DNA of 64,000 nt, from the NCBI GenBank assembly GCA_040766655.1, contig JAXGQB010000014.1, forward strand, positions 10,955-74,954. The letters run 5' to 3'. This DNA is from Anaerolineae bacterium (lineage in GTDB: Bacteria; Chloroflexota; Anaerolineae; CG2-30-64-16). Shown here in pieces: positions 1 through 9,533 of this stretch. The notes below the pieces were generated by a model, which saw nothing but the letters and a program-made list of their open reading frames with translations, was not told the DNA's origin and did no database searches. A program made the position numbers and the translations under genes. How positions within the stretch are numbered: position 1 is the first letter of the stretch; each line of letters begins with the position of its first letter.

Positions 1-804
1 CCACAGGAGGGGACTGACCTGGTAGCCCACGAGCCGGTCGAGGATGCGGCGAGCCTGCTGCGCATCGACCAGTTCCATATCGATATCGCGTTGGTGGTCA
101 AACGCCTCGGCGATGGCATTTTTGGTGATTTCGTGGAAGACGACTCGCCGCGCGCGCTCGTGCGGAATGCTTGCCGCCTCGACGAGGTGCCACGCAATCG
201 CCTCGCCCTCGCGATCGGGGTCGGTCGCCAGGTAGACTTCACGTGCCTGTGCCGCCGCGGCCTTCAGATCCTTGACGACCTCTCGCTTGTCGTCCGGAAC
301 CCGATACTTGGGCACGAAACCGTTTTCGATGTCCACCGACAGCTGCGAGCGAAGCAGGTCCCGAACGTGGCCGATGGACGCGCGAACGTCGTAATCGCGG
401 CCCAGGAACCGGCCCACCGTGCGGGCCTTGGCGGGTGACTCCACGATGACCAGCTTGGTCCCGCGCAACGCGGCGCCCTGTCCGCGGCCGGCCCCTCGGC
501 CCCCGCGTGGCTGTGCGGCGCCGGATGTCTTCTTCTTTGCTGCTGTCTTGGCTTCCGCTGCAGTGGATGGCGCGCGCTTCGTCGACTTGGTGCGCTTGGC
601 GGCGCGCGGCTGCGCCACGACCTCCGGCTTCGGCAGGCCCTCGTGATCGGGCGTCGCCCCGATGCGCGTCAACGCAGTGCCGCACTCCGGACAACGTCCG
701 CGCACTGCCGCGCGTCCGTTGGACAGGTAGGTGGGTTGTGCATCTGCCATGGGGCGCATGCCCTTGCAGCGGACACAGTAGGCGTTCAAGGTGCTATCTG
801 TCAT
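1..804 (-). CDS. topA: DNA topoisomerase I (type IA), 5' part only (runs off the window), with N-terminal Zn-ribbon (DUF5679-like) extension
   Basis: Not in the ORF track; translated by hand from ATG at 804: [15 protein letters not shown]...CPECG...[14 protein letters not shown]...ASIGHVRDL...[16 protein letters not shown]...VFHEIT...[21 protein letters not shown], the TOPRIM/TopA signature motifs. Confidence 0.96.
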   Translation of the reverse strand, partial: MTDSTLNAYCVRCKGMRPMADAQPTYLSNGRAAVRGRCPECGTALTRIGATPDHEGLPKPEVVAQPRAAKRTKSTKRAPSTAAEAKTAAKKKTSGAAQPRGGRGAGRGQGAALRGTKLVIVESPAKARTVGRFLGRDYDVRASIGHVRDLLRSQLSVDIENGFVPKYRVPDDKREVVKDLKAAAAQAREVYLATDPDREGEAIAWHLVEAASIPHERARRVVFHEITKNAIAEAFDHQRDIDMELVDAQQARRILDRLVGYQVSPLLW

Positions 805-812
805 TCAGTCAA

Positions 813-1880
813 TCACAGGTAAACCGAGTTTCCTTCGGTCTCCATCTTTCTTACAAGATCTCGAACTTCTTCAGCTCGATCGCGCGGGCACACCAATAAC
901 ACGTCAGGCGTGTCCACGATCACCATGTCGCTCAGCCCGATGGCGGCGACCAATTTGTCGCTCCGCACGTAGGTGCCCCGGGTGTCACGCGCCAGCAAAG
1001 GTCCCGTGGATACGTTGCCGTCGGCGTCTGCATCGAGAACATCCAGGAGAGCGCCCCAGCTGCCGATGTCGCTCCAGCCGATGTCGATCGGAATCACGTA
1101 CACGTCTCGGGCGTGCTCCATCAGGCCATAATCGATCGAAACCCGGCGCACCTTCTGCCATTCGGCAGCCAGCACCCGGTCAGCATCGGGCGTCCCGAGC
1201 GCATCCCCGATCGAACGGAGCGCCTCGTAGGTCTCAGGCAGCTGTTGCTGAAACTCGCCGAGCAACCGATCCGCTCGCCAGACGAACATGCCGCTGTTCC
1301 AAACGTGGCGGCCATCGTCTGTGAATTTCTGCGCGGTGGCCTGATCGGGCTTCTCCCTGAACCCCGCTGAGTCATAGACCCTGAAGCCGTCGACGATCTG
1401 CTGTCCCGTCCCCAGCGAAATGTACCCGAAGCGCGTATCGGGAGCCGTCGGACGGATGCCGAGGGTGACGATCGCACCCTCCGAGGCCACGTCGCTCGCC
1501 GCGCCGAGCGCCGCACGGAACTGCGCGGTATCGACGATGAAATGATCGGCCGTCAGCATCACCATGACCGCCGAAGGATCGCGCTTCACCAGGTGAACGG
1601 CCGCCAATCCGGCAGCAGGCGCCGAGTCGCGGCCCGCCGGTTCCACGATGAAATTGTCCGCCGGGATGTCCGGAGCTTGGCTCTTCAGGACCGCGGCAAG
1701 TTCGTCGTTGGTAACCACGCAGATGCGATCGGGCGTGAAGAGCGGTGAGAGCCGATCCACGGCATGCTGGAACATCGTGCGATCGCCAATAAGCTTCAGT
1801 GCCTGTTTTGGCTGATTTCGCCGGCTCAGGGGCCACAGGCGGGTGCCCGAGCCTCCGGCCATGATCACCGCATACAACAT
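813..1880 (-). CDS. manC: Mannose-1-phosphate guanylyltransferase
   Basis: MAGGSGTRLWPLSR, EPAGRDSAPA, FREKPD, WNSGMF, SIDYGLME, WSDIGSW motifs; GGAGG SD. Confidence 0.93.
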   Translation of the reverse strand: MLYAVIMAGGSGTRLWPLSRRNQPKQALKLIGDRTMFQHAVDRLSPLFTPDRICVVTNDELAAVLKSQAPDIPADNFIVEPAGRDSAPAAGLAAVHLVKRDPSAVMVMLTADHFIVDTAQFRAALGAASDVASEGAIVTLGIRPTAPDTRFGYISLGTGQQIVDGFRVYDSAGFREKPDQATAQKFTDDGRHVWNSGMFVWRADRLLGEFQQQLPETYEALRSIGDALGTPDADRVLAAEWQKVRRVSIDYGLMEHARDVYVIPIDIGWSDIGSWGALLDVLDADADGNVSTGPLLARDTRGTYVRSDKLVAAIGLSDMVIVDTPDVLLVCPRDRAEEVRDLVRKMETEGNSVYL

Positions 1881-1897
1881 CGTCCGTATCCCTCCAT

Positions 1898-3013
1898 CTA
1901 GTCCGGCTTCACCTTGTAGACCGGACCGGATTCGCTCACGCGATAATAGGTCATCCCGCCGGCCGCACGCACCAGCCCCTTGAGTTCCATCAACGCCAGC
2001 GTGCTTGTGACGGTGGCGATGGGCAGGTCGGCAACCCGGCTGAGATCATCCACATGAACGGGCTCGTCCGTCAGCCGGCTCAGCAAGGACGCCTCGGTCT
2101 CGTCCATCGGGAACAGCGTCTGCGCCGCAACGTGCGTCTCGACAGCCTGCAGGTTGAGGGCTTCGAGGATGTCGTTGATGGAGGTGACAGGCGTCGCTCC
2201 GTCCCGGATCAGCCGATTCACGCCCTGGCTGTTGCGGGCGAAGATGCTCCCCGGCACAGCAAAGACCTCTCTGCCCTGGTCTGCAGCGAACCTCGCCGTG
2301 ATGAGCGCACCGCTCCGTTCGCCGGCCTCAATGACCACGACCCCGCGGCTCAATCCACTGACGATCCGATTGCGCGGGGGAAAGTTGCTGGCTTCCGGCT
2401 GCGTCCCGAGCGGATACTCGCTCATCAGGGCGCCGCGTTCGCTGAGGTCAAATGCCAGCTTGCGGTTCTCCCATGGGTATATTATGTCTACCCCTGACCC
2501 CAGGACAGCGATCGTTCGCCCTCCGGCGTCCAGGGTAGCGCGATGTGCGACGCAGTCTACCCCGCGAGCGAGCCCGCTGACCACCGTGACGCCGGACTCG
2601 GCCAGTCCGGCTGCGATCGTTCGCGCGGCATCGCGTCCGTAATTGGAGATGTCGCGGGTTCCGACGACCGCAACTGCGAAATCGTCCTCTGGCCGCAGCT
2701 CACCCCGGTAGTACAGCACCGGCGGAGGATCGTTGATCGCCCTCAGGCGTTCCGGGTAGCGCGGATCGTCCCAGGTCAGAATGTCGACGCCGGCCTTCCT
2801 GACACGGGCCAACTCCGCAACGAGGTCGAACTTGCTGCGTGATTCGAGCAGGCTTTCGAGCGACCGTCGATCGAGACCGACCTCGCGCAGGGCCGCCGGC
2901 GTTGCGTGCCAGGCCGCTTCGATGTCGCCGAATGCGTCGATCAGGGCACGCAACCTGGCCGGACCGATGCCGCGCACCTTGTTGAAACCGATCCAGTAGG
3001 CGAGAGAGTCCAA
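1898..3013 (-). CDS. dprA: DNA-processing protein DprA/Smf
   Basis: VAVVGTR, VSGLARGVD, FPPRNRIVSGLS, SGALITA, GREVFAVPG motifs; C-terminal winged helix; TTG start. Confidence 0.96.
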   Translation of the reverse strand: MDSLAYWIGFNKVRGIGPARLRALIDAFGDIEAAWHATPAALREVGLDRRSLESLLESRSKFDLVAELARVRKAGVDILTWDDPRYPERLRAINDPPPVLYYRGELRPEDDFAVAVVGTRDISNYGRDAARTIAAGLAESGVTVVSGLARGVDCVAHRATLDAGGRTIAVLGSGVDIIYPWENRKLAFDLSERGALMSEYPLGTQPEASNFPPRNRIVSGLSRGVVVIEAGERSGALITARFAADQGREVFAVPGSIFARNSQGVNRLIRDGATPVTSINDILEALNLQAVETHVAAQTLFPMDETEASLLSRLTDEPVHVDDLSRVADLPIATVTSTLALMELKGLVRAAGGMTYYRVSESGPVYKVKPD

Positions 3014-3055
3014 CTTTACCTTCCAGCTTCATTGCGTTAAGGCTTGCCGGTCGGC

Positions 3056-3084
3056 AGCATAAACGATACAGGGTTCTTTGTCAA
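3056..3084 (-). promoter_or_regulatory. Sigma70-type promoter for dprA-manC-topA
   Basis: TTGACA-17 nt-TATGCT on the minus strand. Confidence 0.7.
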
Positions 3085-3089
3085 TAGCT

Positions 3090-3677
3090 CTACGCTTCGT
3101 CCGGCGCTTCGTCCGATGCTCCGTCCGAAGCTTCCGCAGGCTGCAACAAGCCCTCCGGCAACGCGACGATCATCTGTCCTGTGCCGAGATCCACGCTCAG
3201 GACCACCTCTCTGGTGGCAGGGATGAGCGTCTCGCCCTCCTCGCCGCGCACGACGTAGACATCGTTCGCAGCCGTGAAGAGAACCTCGGTGAGCCGGCCA
3301 AGGTGCTGTCCGGCATCTGTCCGTACATCGAGGCCGATGAGGTCGTGCACGTAGTTCTCGTGCTCTCCCAAGGGCATGGCTTCGGAATCCGGAATGAGCA
3401 CATACTGGTCCCGGAGCGTCTCAGCACCGTTGCGATCCGAGATATGCGCGAATTGCACCAGCCAACGGCCCTGGTGTGGCCGCGCCTTTCCGATCACTGC
3501 CGGCGTGGCAGCTGTCTCGCCGGTCTTCGCCCCGAGAAACACATGGCTCCCGGGCTTGAACCTCTCAGGAAAGTCCGTCATCGGTGCGACTTTCACCTCC
3601 CCACGGATGCCGTGAGGGCCTACGATCTGGCCGATGGCCAGGTAACTGATCGGCGCATCCGACTTCACCACAAACAC
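3090..3677 (-). CDS. rimM: Ribosome maturation factor RimM
   Basis: IGQIVGPHGIRGEVKV, YVHDLIGL, ANDVYVV, LIPA motifs; follows rpsP-khpA. Confidence 0.95.
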   Translation of the reverse strand: MFVVKSDAPISYLAIGQIVGPHGIRGEVKVAPMTDFPERFKPGSHVFLGAKTGETAATPAVIGKARPHQGRWLVQFAHISDRNGAETLRDQYVLIPDSEAMPLGEHENYVHDLIGLDVRTDAGQHLGRLTEVLFTAANDVYVVRGEEGETLIPATREVVLSVDLGTGQMIVALPEGLLQPAEASDGASDEAPDEA

Positions 3678-3707
3678 CTCCCTATGACAACTGGCGATTC
3701 AAAGCAG

Positions 3708-3737
3708 CGGGCGGGGACGCATCTGCGTCTCCGCCCG
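3708..3737 (-). terminator. GC-rich hairpin between khpA and rimM (terminator/processing stem)
   Basis: cgggcggggacgca-tc-tgcgtctccgcccg inverted repeat, followed on the minus strand by ctgcttt. Confidence 0.45.
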
Positions 3738-3783
3738 TGATCACGCTGCCAGGCTGACCAGCAATGCTGGCAACCCTGGTCGA

Positions 3784-4011
3784 TCAGACGATTTCCAGCA
3801 CCACGCGTCGATCCTGCGCTGCGACCCTCAGCAAGGTGCGCAGGGCGTTAGCGACCCGGCCGTCCTTCCCGATCACGCGGCCCATATCCTCACGATCCAC
3901 ATGGAGCTCCAGGACCGTCACGCTGGCGCCGCGGGTTTCTTTTACAGACACCCTATCGGGCTGTTCGACCAACTGCCTGGCGATATATTCGATCAGTTCC
4001 TTTTCCTTCAC
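3784..4011 (-). CDS. khpA: KH-domain RNA-binding protein KhpA
   Basis: 75 aa, DMGRVIGKDGR GxxG loop; canonical rpsP-khpA-rimM order. Confidence 0.93.
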   Translation of the reverse strand: MKEKELIEYIARQLVEQPDRVSVKETRGASVTVLELHVDREDMGRVIGKDGRVANALRTLLRVAAQDRRVVLEIV

Positions 4012-4123
4012 CTGTCAGCCTCCATAAGTGCCGAGGGCTTGGCTTCGGAGGCAGGCTCAGCCGCGCTTGGCGCGACATGCCCGTCTGCCGAGGCAGGCAA
4101 GCCCGGAAGCGCACGGCTGACGG

Positions 4124-4381
4124 CTAAGCCGCCGGCTGAGCGTCGAGCAGGCCCTGCTTCTTCAGCAGTCGAGCGACCGATTCGCTGGGCTGCGCACCCA
4201 CGCTGAGCCAGTAGCGGGCGCGCTCGATGTCGATGTTGTATTCGATAGGATCGACCCTCGGGTTGTAGAACCCGATGTTCTCCAGGATGCGTCCATCGCG
4301 TGCCGCGTGCTGATCGGCGACAACGATGCGATAGGACGGCTGCTTCTTGGCGCCCTGACGGCGCAACCGAATTCGTACCAT
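4124..4381 (-). CDS. rpsP: 30S ribosomal protein S16
   Basis: [23 protein letters not shown]...RDGR...[10 protein letters not shown]. Confidence 0.98.
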   Translation of the reverse strand: MVRIRLRRQGAKKQPSYRIVVADQHAARDGRILENIGFYNPRVDPIEYNIDIERARYWLSVGAQPSESVARLLKKQGLLDAQPAA

Positions 4382-4476
4382 TCCAGTGCAACTCCCTCTA
4401 TGTGATGGGACTTAGAAGGTCCCGAGACCATGTAAACCCGCACGCCTCACCCCAAAAGGTCAGGGTCGCGGGCATG

Positions 4477-5805
4477 TCACCTAAACATATCCATCAGGCC
4501 GCGCATCCCGCGCTGCCCGGTTCCCAGCTGCTTCATCAGCCGCTGCATCTGGCGAAACTGGGTCAGAAGGTCGTTGATCTCAGTCACGTTGGTTCCAGAA
4601 CCGCGTGCGATGCGCCGCTTCCTGCTGGCATTGATGATCCGTGGATCGTGTCGCTCGCGGGCCGTCATCGAACTGATGATCGCTTCGATCCGCTTGAACT
4701 GCTGGTCAGTGACGTCGGGCTGCAGATCCTTCGAAAGCTGGTTCATCCCCGGGATCATGTCCAGAATCTGGGTCAGGGGCCCCATCTTCTTGATCTGTTG
4801 CAGCTGCTTCAGGAAATCATCCAGGTCAAGCTCGCCCTTCACGAGGCGCTTGCCCATCTTCTCGGCCTGCTCGCGGTCGACCGTTTCGCCGGCCTTCTCG
4901 ATGAGCGTCATCATGTCGCCCATGCCCAGGATACGGGTCGCCAGCCGATCCGGATGAAAGACCTCCAGCGCGTCCAGCTTCTCACCGACGCCCAGGAACT
5001 TGATCGGGACGCCCGTGACCTCACGCATCGAGATGGCCGCGCCGCCACGCGCATCGCCGTCGACCTTCGTGAGGATCAAGCCGGTGAGCTGCACTCGCTC
5101 GTGGAAGCCCTTCGCGACATTGACGGCCTCCTGGCCGGTCATCGCGTCCGCGACGAGCAGGATCTCCTTCGGCTTAGCCAGGGCCTTGATCGTATCCAGT
5201 TCGGCCATCATGTCGTCACTGATCTGCAGGCGGCCGGCCGTGTCGAGAATCACGACATCGACTGCGCTCTCGCGCGCCCGCTGCAGGCCGTGACGGACGA
5301 TCTCCGGCGGGGCTACCTTCGTCCCCTCGCTGAATACCGGAATGTCGATCTGCCTGCCCACGACCTCGAGCTGCGTCACCGCTGCGGGTCGATAGGTGTC
5401 GGCTGCGACCAGCATGCTGCGCTTGCCCTGTTTTCGCAGGGTGAGCGCGAGCTTGCCTGCCGTGGTCGTCTTGCCGGAGCCCTGAAGCCCGACGAGCATC
5501 ACCACGTGTGGCGGTGTTCCCGACAGATCGATCCGGGCAGGCTCTCCCAACGTCTTCAGGAGCTCTTCGTGAACGATCTTCACGACCTGCTGCGCGGGCG
5601 TCAGGCTCTTCGTGACCTCTGTGCCGACCGCGCGCTCCCGCACGCGACCCACCAGCTGCTTGACGACCTTGAAGTTGACGTCAGCCTCGAGCAGGGCAAG
5701 CCGAACCTCTCGCAATGCGGCGTCGACGTCTTCCTCGGTCAGTCGGCCGCGCGCTGCGAGACGATCAAAGACCGCATTCAGTTTGGTTTGCAGGCTTTCG
5801 AACAT
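4477..5805 (-). CDS. ffh: Signal recognition particle protein Ffh
   Basis: GLQGSGKTT, DTAGR, TKVDGDARGG motifs; Met-rich M domain with RIARGSG. Confidence 0.98.
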   Translation of the reverse strand: MFESLQTKLNAVFDRLAARGRLTEEDVDAALREVRLALLEADVNFKVVKQLVGRVRERAVGTEVTKSLTPAQQVVKIVHEELLKTLGEPARIDLSGTPPHVVMLVGLQGSGKTTTAGKLALTLRKQGKRSMLVAADTYRPAAVTQLEVVGRQIDIPVFSEGTKVAPPEIVRHGLQRARESAVDVVILDTAGRLQISDDMMAELDTIKALAKPKEILLVADAMTGQEAVNVAKGFHERVQLTGLILTKVDGDARGGAAISMREVTGVPIKFLGVGEKLDALEVFHPDRLATRILGMGDMMTLIEKAGETVDREQAEKMGKRLVKGELDLDDFLKQLQQIKKMGPLTQILDMIPGMNQLSKDLQPDVTDQQFKRIEAIISSMTARERHDPRIINASRKRRIARGSGTNVTEINDLLTQFRQMQRLMKQLGTGQRGMRGLMDMFR

Positions 5806-5829
5806 CCGACTCGTCCACAGATACGCGCA

Positions 5830-5853
5830 TGGGCCGGCCCATGGGCCGGCCCA
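5830..5853. repeat. 24-bp perfect palindrome made of two tandem 12-bp palindromes
   Basis: tgggccggccca tgggccggccca, read directly, in the ffh 5' leader. Confidence 0.85.
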
Positions 5854-5878
5854 ACGGCATCGCTAGCTTCTGACAATG

Positions 5879-5921
5879 ATTCTATGAGACATTGCGTTTT
5901 TCGTCAAGTAGGTGCTATAAT
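5879..5921. promoter_or_regulatory. Overlapping divergent promoters (ffh on minus; CBM48-like gene on plus)
   Basis: Minus: TTGACG(5907-5902)-17-TAGAAT(5884-5879). Plus: TTGCGT(5892)-18-TATAAT(5916-5921) with an extended TGn motif. Confidence 0.7.
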
Positions 5922-5969
5922 CTCTTCAGACCCCCGCCTTGCGGCAACAACCGCGCAGGAGACGATCGC

Positions 5970-6269
5970 ATGATATCGAAGGAATCCTTGCCTGATGGCG
6001 AGAACGTCCGGGTTACATTCGAGCTCCCATCCAGTCTGTGGGCAGAGCGGGTCAATTTGGTCGGCGATTTCAATGGTTGGGACACCGTTCGACACGAAAT
6101 GGTGCAATCCCGCTCGAACGGCAACTGGCGCATCAGCCTGGTCCTGCCAAAAGGTCAGGAGTACCAGTTCCGCTACCTCATCAACGGCAGGGACTGGCAC
6201 AACGACTGGCACGCGGACAAGTACGTGCCCAACCGGTATGGCTCTGACAACTCCGTATTGAGCACCTGA
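5970..6269 (+). CDS. Stand-alone isoamylase early-set / CBM48-like (AMPK-beta glycogen-binding type) protein
   Basis: VNLVGDFNGWD, YQFRYLING..W.ND..AD..VPN.YGSDNSV; ATG 5970 after AGGAG. Confidence 0.85.
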   Translation: MISKESLPDGENVRVTFELPSSLWAERVNLVGDFNGWDTVRHEMVQSRSNGNWRISLVLPKGQEYQFRYLINGRDWHNDWHADKYVPNRYGSDNSVLST

Positions 6270-6294
6270 CCTGCCGGAGCCCGCCCCACGCCCC

Positions 6295-7410
6295 TTAAGG
6301 TACGATCGTTATCGGGATGGGCACGAAGACAAGAACCAACACCACCAGCATGCCGAGCGCGAACACTCGTTGTCTGTCGGTCAGCTCCGTTATGTCATCC
6401 ATCAGCGTGTCCTGCACCCGGCCGAACAGCAGCAGAAGCCCCAGCCAAAGCAACCACCCCTGCCATCTGAACGTCAGCAGAGCCAACCCAACGAGAGCCA
6501 CCCACCCCAGCGTTCGTGCCCGCCGCGCACCCAACAGGGCATACGCGATGTGGCCGCCGTCCAACTGCCCCACCGGAATCAGGTTCAACCCTGTGACCAG
6601 CAGCCCGGCCCAACCCGCGAACGCGACCGGATGGATGATGACATCCATACCCCCTGAGGGGAGCAACTGGCCGAAGACAGCGTACTTCAGCGCGGCATAG
6701 AGGATGGAGTTGCCCTCGATCCAGTACCCGCCTGCCGGCAGTGGCTCGAGGCGACTGAGATGCAGCCCGAGCAGCAGCACGGGAATCGTGACGAGCAGAC
6801 CCGCTACTGGCCCCGCCGCACCGATCGCCAGCAGGTGGCGCTTGTTGCGAATCGGCGCCCCTGCGGTGATGACGGCCCCCATGGTGCCGAACGGACCGAC
6901 AGGAAATGGCATGGGTATGAAGTACGGAAGGCTCGTCGGGCTGCCATAGCGCCGGGCCACGAGGTAGTGGCCGAACTCGTGCGCGGTCAGGATGCCCAAC
7001 AGCGCGGCGGTGAACGGCACGCCGTCCAGCAGGTTCAGATTGATCTCGGTGAGCCCCTCGACCATCTGTGCGCCGGTGAAGAGGCACGACAGGACCGTCA
7101 GGACGAAGAGAATCGCCGGTAACAGCACGCGGGTCGGGCGATCTCCGAACGTGACGGGCATGGCAAGCAGTTCGGTCCCGTCGGCCTCCGCCCGCTGCCG
7201 CAGCCAGGGCGTCCAGCCCAACGGCCGCAGCCGGTCGTTCAGGCGCTGCCATGCGTCGTCTGCTGGCAGGAGCAGGCGTCCCCGCACCCGCACCGAGTTG
7301 CCGGGGTCGATCCCCTCGGTCACGTCCTCGATGGCCAGGACATCGGAGGCCGCGCGCCGGACGTCGTCCGTCGAGTGAGAGGTCGCACCCCGGTCTTCTA
7401 CTTCTCGCAT
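6295..7410 (-). CDS. Site-2 protease family (M50) intramembrane metalloprotease
   Basis: HEFGH, GAAGP, NLIPVGQLDGGH motifs; multiple TM segments. Confidence 0.92.
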   Translation of the reverse strand: MREVEDRGATSHSTDDVRRAASDVLAIEDVTEGIDPGNSVRVRGRLLLPADDAWQRLNDRLRPLGWTPWLRQRAEADGTELLAMPVTFGDRPTRVLLPAILFVLTVLSCLFTGAQMVEGLTEINLNLLDGVPFTAALLGILTAHEFGHYLVARRYGSPTSLPYFIPMPFPVGPFGTMGAVITAGAPIRNKRHLLAIGAAGPVAGLLVTIPVLLLGLHLSRLEPLPAGGYWIEGNSILYAALKYAVFGQLLPSGGMDVIIHPVAFAGWAGLLVTGLNLIPVGQLDGGHIAYALLGARRARTLGWVALVGLALLTFRWQGWLLWLGLLLLFGRVQDTLMDDITELTDRQRVFALGMLVVLVLVFVPIPITIVP

Positions 7411-9368
7411 ACGCGCTCTTCGCCCGCCAGCGCGGCGGCGACCGCCGATCCGTCGACGCTTTCACACCGCAACAAGTCGTCGGTGAGCATATCCAACGCT
7501 TTCCGGTGCTGGGAGAGCAGCCCCTGTGCGCGCTCCGCCTGTTCGGTGACGATGCGCTTGATCTCCGCGTCGATGACATCGCGGGTTTCCGGGCTCAGCG
7601 CGCTGTTGTCTTCGACCGCGCCGCCAAGGTACTGCATCTGTTGGCCGGCATAGCGCACCCAGCCGAGCTTCTCGCTCATCCCCCACTCAGTCACCATCCG
7701 CCGGGCCAGCTCCGTGGCGCGCTGGATATCGTCGCTGGCGCCGGTGCTGATCTGCTCGTAAATGATGGTTTCAGCGGCTCGGCCGCCCATCATCACCGCG
7801 ATGCGATCGAGAAGTTCCTCCTTGCGGATCAGGTAGCGATCCTCCTCAGGCATCTGGAGCGTGTAGCCCAGCGCGCCACGGCTGCGCGGCACGATGCTGA
7901 TCTTGCTGACCGGGTCGGCATTGGGCACCAACGCGGCAATCAGGGCATGCCCAGACTCATGGTACGCGACGGTGCGCTTAACGTCGTCATTCATCACGCG
8001 CGTCCGTTGCTCGAGCCCGGCAATGATCCTCTCGATGGCTTCTTCGAAATCCAATATCGTCACGTGCTCGGCATTGCGGCGCGCAGCCAACAAAGCGCTC
8101 TCGTTCATGATGTTGGCCAGGTCCGCGCCGCTGAAGCCGGGCGTCATTCGAGCAGCGCGCTCGATATCGAAGTCCGGCGCGAGTGTGACGTTCTTGCTGT
8201 GGATGCGCAGGATCTGCTGCCGGCCGATCAGGTCCGGATTGCCGACGATCACCTGTCGATCGAAACGACCCGCGCGCAGCAGCGCGGGATCCAACACCTC
8301 CGGCCGGTTGGTGGCGGCCATGATGATGACCGGGTTGGTCGCGTTGGTCGTGAAGCCGTCGATCTCGGAAAGCAACTGGTTCAATGTCTGCTCGCGCTCA
8401 TCGTTTCCGCCCATGCGGATGACGCCGCCGCGGCTTTGGCCGATCGCGTCGATCTCATCGATGAAGACGACGGCGGGGGCCGCCTTCCGGGCCTGCTCGA
8501 ACAAGTCCCTGACGCGCGCCGCCCCAACGCCGACGAACATCTCGACGAACTCCGATCCGCTCGTCTCGAAGAAGGACACCCCGGCTTCGCCTGCGGTTGC
8601 CTTGGCCAGCAACGTCTTGCCTGTTCCGGGAGGCCCGACCAGCAGGACACCCTTCGGAATGCGGCCGCCCAGCCTCTCAAACTGCTCGGGCTCCTTGAGA
8701 AACTGAATGATCTCCCGCAGCTCGCCGATGGCCTCGTCTGCGCCCCCGACGTCCTTGTAGGTCACGCCCACGTCCTCCGGCTTGACCTCTTGAGCCTTGC
8801 TCTTGCCGACACCGAAGATGCCGCCCAGGCCGCCACCGCCAAGCCCACCGCCGGACGATGCGCGGGCTCTGAACAGAAGGTACCAGAAGCCGGCCAGCAG
8901 CAACAGAGGCAGGATCCACGACAACAGAAACGCGCCGACCGGGCTCGCAGGACGTGCAAACTGATACTGCACGCCGGCCGCCTGCAGGTCCTGGACGAGG
9001 TCGGGGTCGTTCTCCGGCTGGAAGAAGGTATCGAAGCGCTGGGTGGCCGGCGCGGCTGAGGCATCGGCCGAGCCCGTGGTGGACCCGCCGCCGTTTGCCG
9101 CTGAGGTGTCCGTCGTCTTCATATCGCCAAGAATCGCCGTGGGGCCGATCTCCACGCGTACGATCTCGCCGGCTGCGAGCTTCGCACGAAACTCGCTGTA
9201 CGGAATCTCGACCGCCTGCATCGTCAGCGGCATCACAACGAACTGCTGAAACAACCAGAGAACCACCAGGCCGACCAGGATGTAGGTCAGGCCATAGCGC
9301 ATCTGGCGCGCCATCTGTTCGTTGCGGTCATCGTCCTGTTCCGGCTTCTTATCCTTCTTATCCATCAC
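7398..9368 (-). CDS. ftsH: ATP-dependent zinc metalloprotease FtsH
   Basis: Two TM helices, Walker A GPPGTGKT, Walker [35 protein letters not shown]. Confidence 0.97.
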   Translation of the reverse strand: MMDKKDKKPEQDDDRNEQMARQMRYGLTYILVGLVVLWLFQQFVVMPLTMQAVEIPYSEFRAKLAAGEIVRVEIGPTAILGDMKTTDTSAANGGGSTTGSADASAAPATQRFDTFFQPENDPDLVQDLQAAGVQYQFARPASPVGAFLLSWILPLLLLAGFWYLLFRARASSGGGLGGGGLGGIFGVGKSKAQEVKPEDVGVTYKDVGGADEAIGELREIIQFLKEPEQFERLGGRIPKGVLLVGPPGTGKTLLAKATAGEAGVSFFETSGSEFVEMFVGVGAARVRDLFEQARKAAPAVVFIDEIDAIGQSRGGVIRMGGNDEREQTLNQLLSEIDGFTTNATNPVIIMAATNRPEVLDPALLRAGRFDRQVIVGNPDLIGRQQILRIHSKNVTLAPDFDIERAARMTPGFSGADLANIMNESALLAARRNAEHVTILDFEEAIERIIAGLEQRTRVMNDDVKRTVAYHESGHALIAALVPNADPVSKISIVPRSRGALGYTLQMPEEDRYLIRKEELLDRIAVMMGGRAAETIIYEQISTGASDDIQRATELARRMVTEWGMSEKLGWVRYAGQQMQYLGGAVEDNSALSPETRDVIDAEIKRIVTEQAERAQGLLSQHRKALDMLTDDLLRCESVDGSAVAAALAGEERVCEK

Positions 9369-9472
9369 TTGGCATCCTTTGGGTCAATTTCAACGTGTCC
9401 GAAGATGATCGCGTAATCGTGCTGCCGTGTCTGTGCTTGCGCGCACCAATCACGAGGGGCGGCGTCGGGGCA

Positions 9473-9509
9473 CAAACAAAGACAACCGAGACTGGCGGTC
9501 TCGGTTGTC
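9473..9509 (-). terminator. Rho-independent terminator after the corrinoid-protein gene
   Basis: Perfect 12-bp stem gacaaccgagac/gtctcggttgtc, 5-nt loop, then TTTGTTTG on the minus strand. Confidence 0.8.
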
Positions 9510-9533
9510 ATCGAGTTAAGGTCACGAAGCCGA

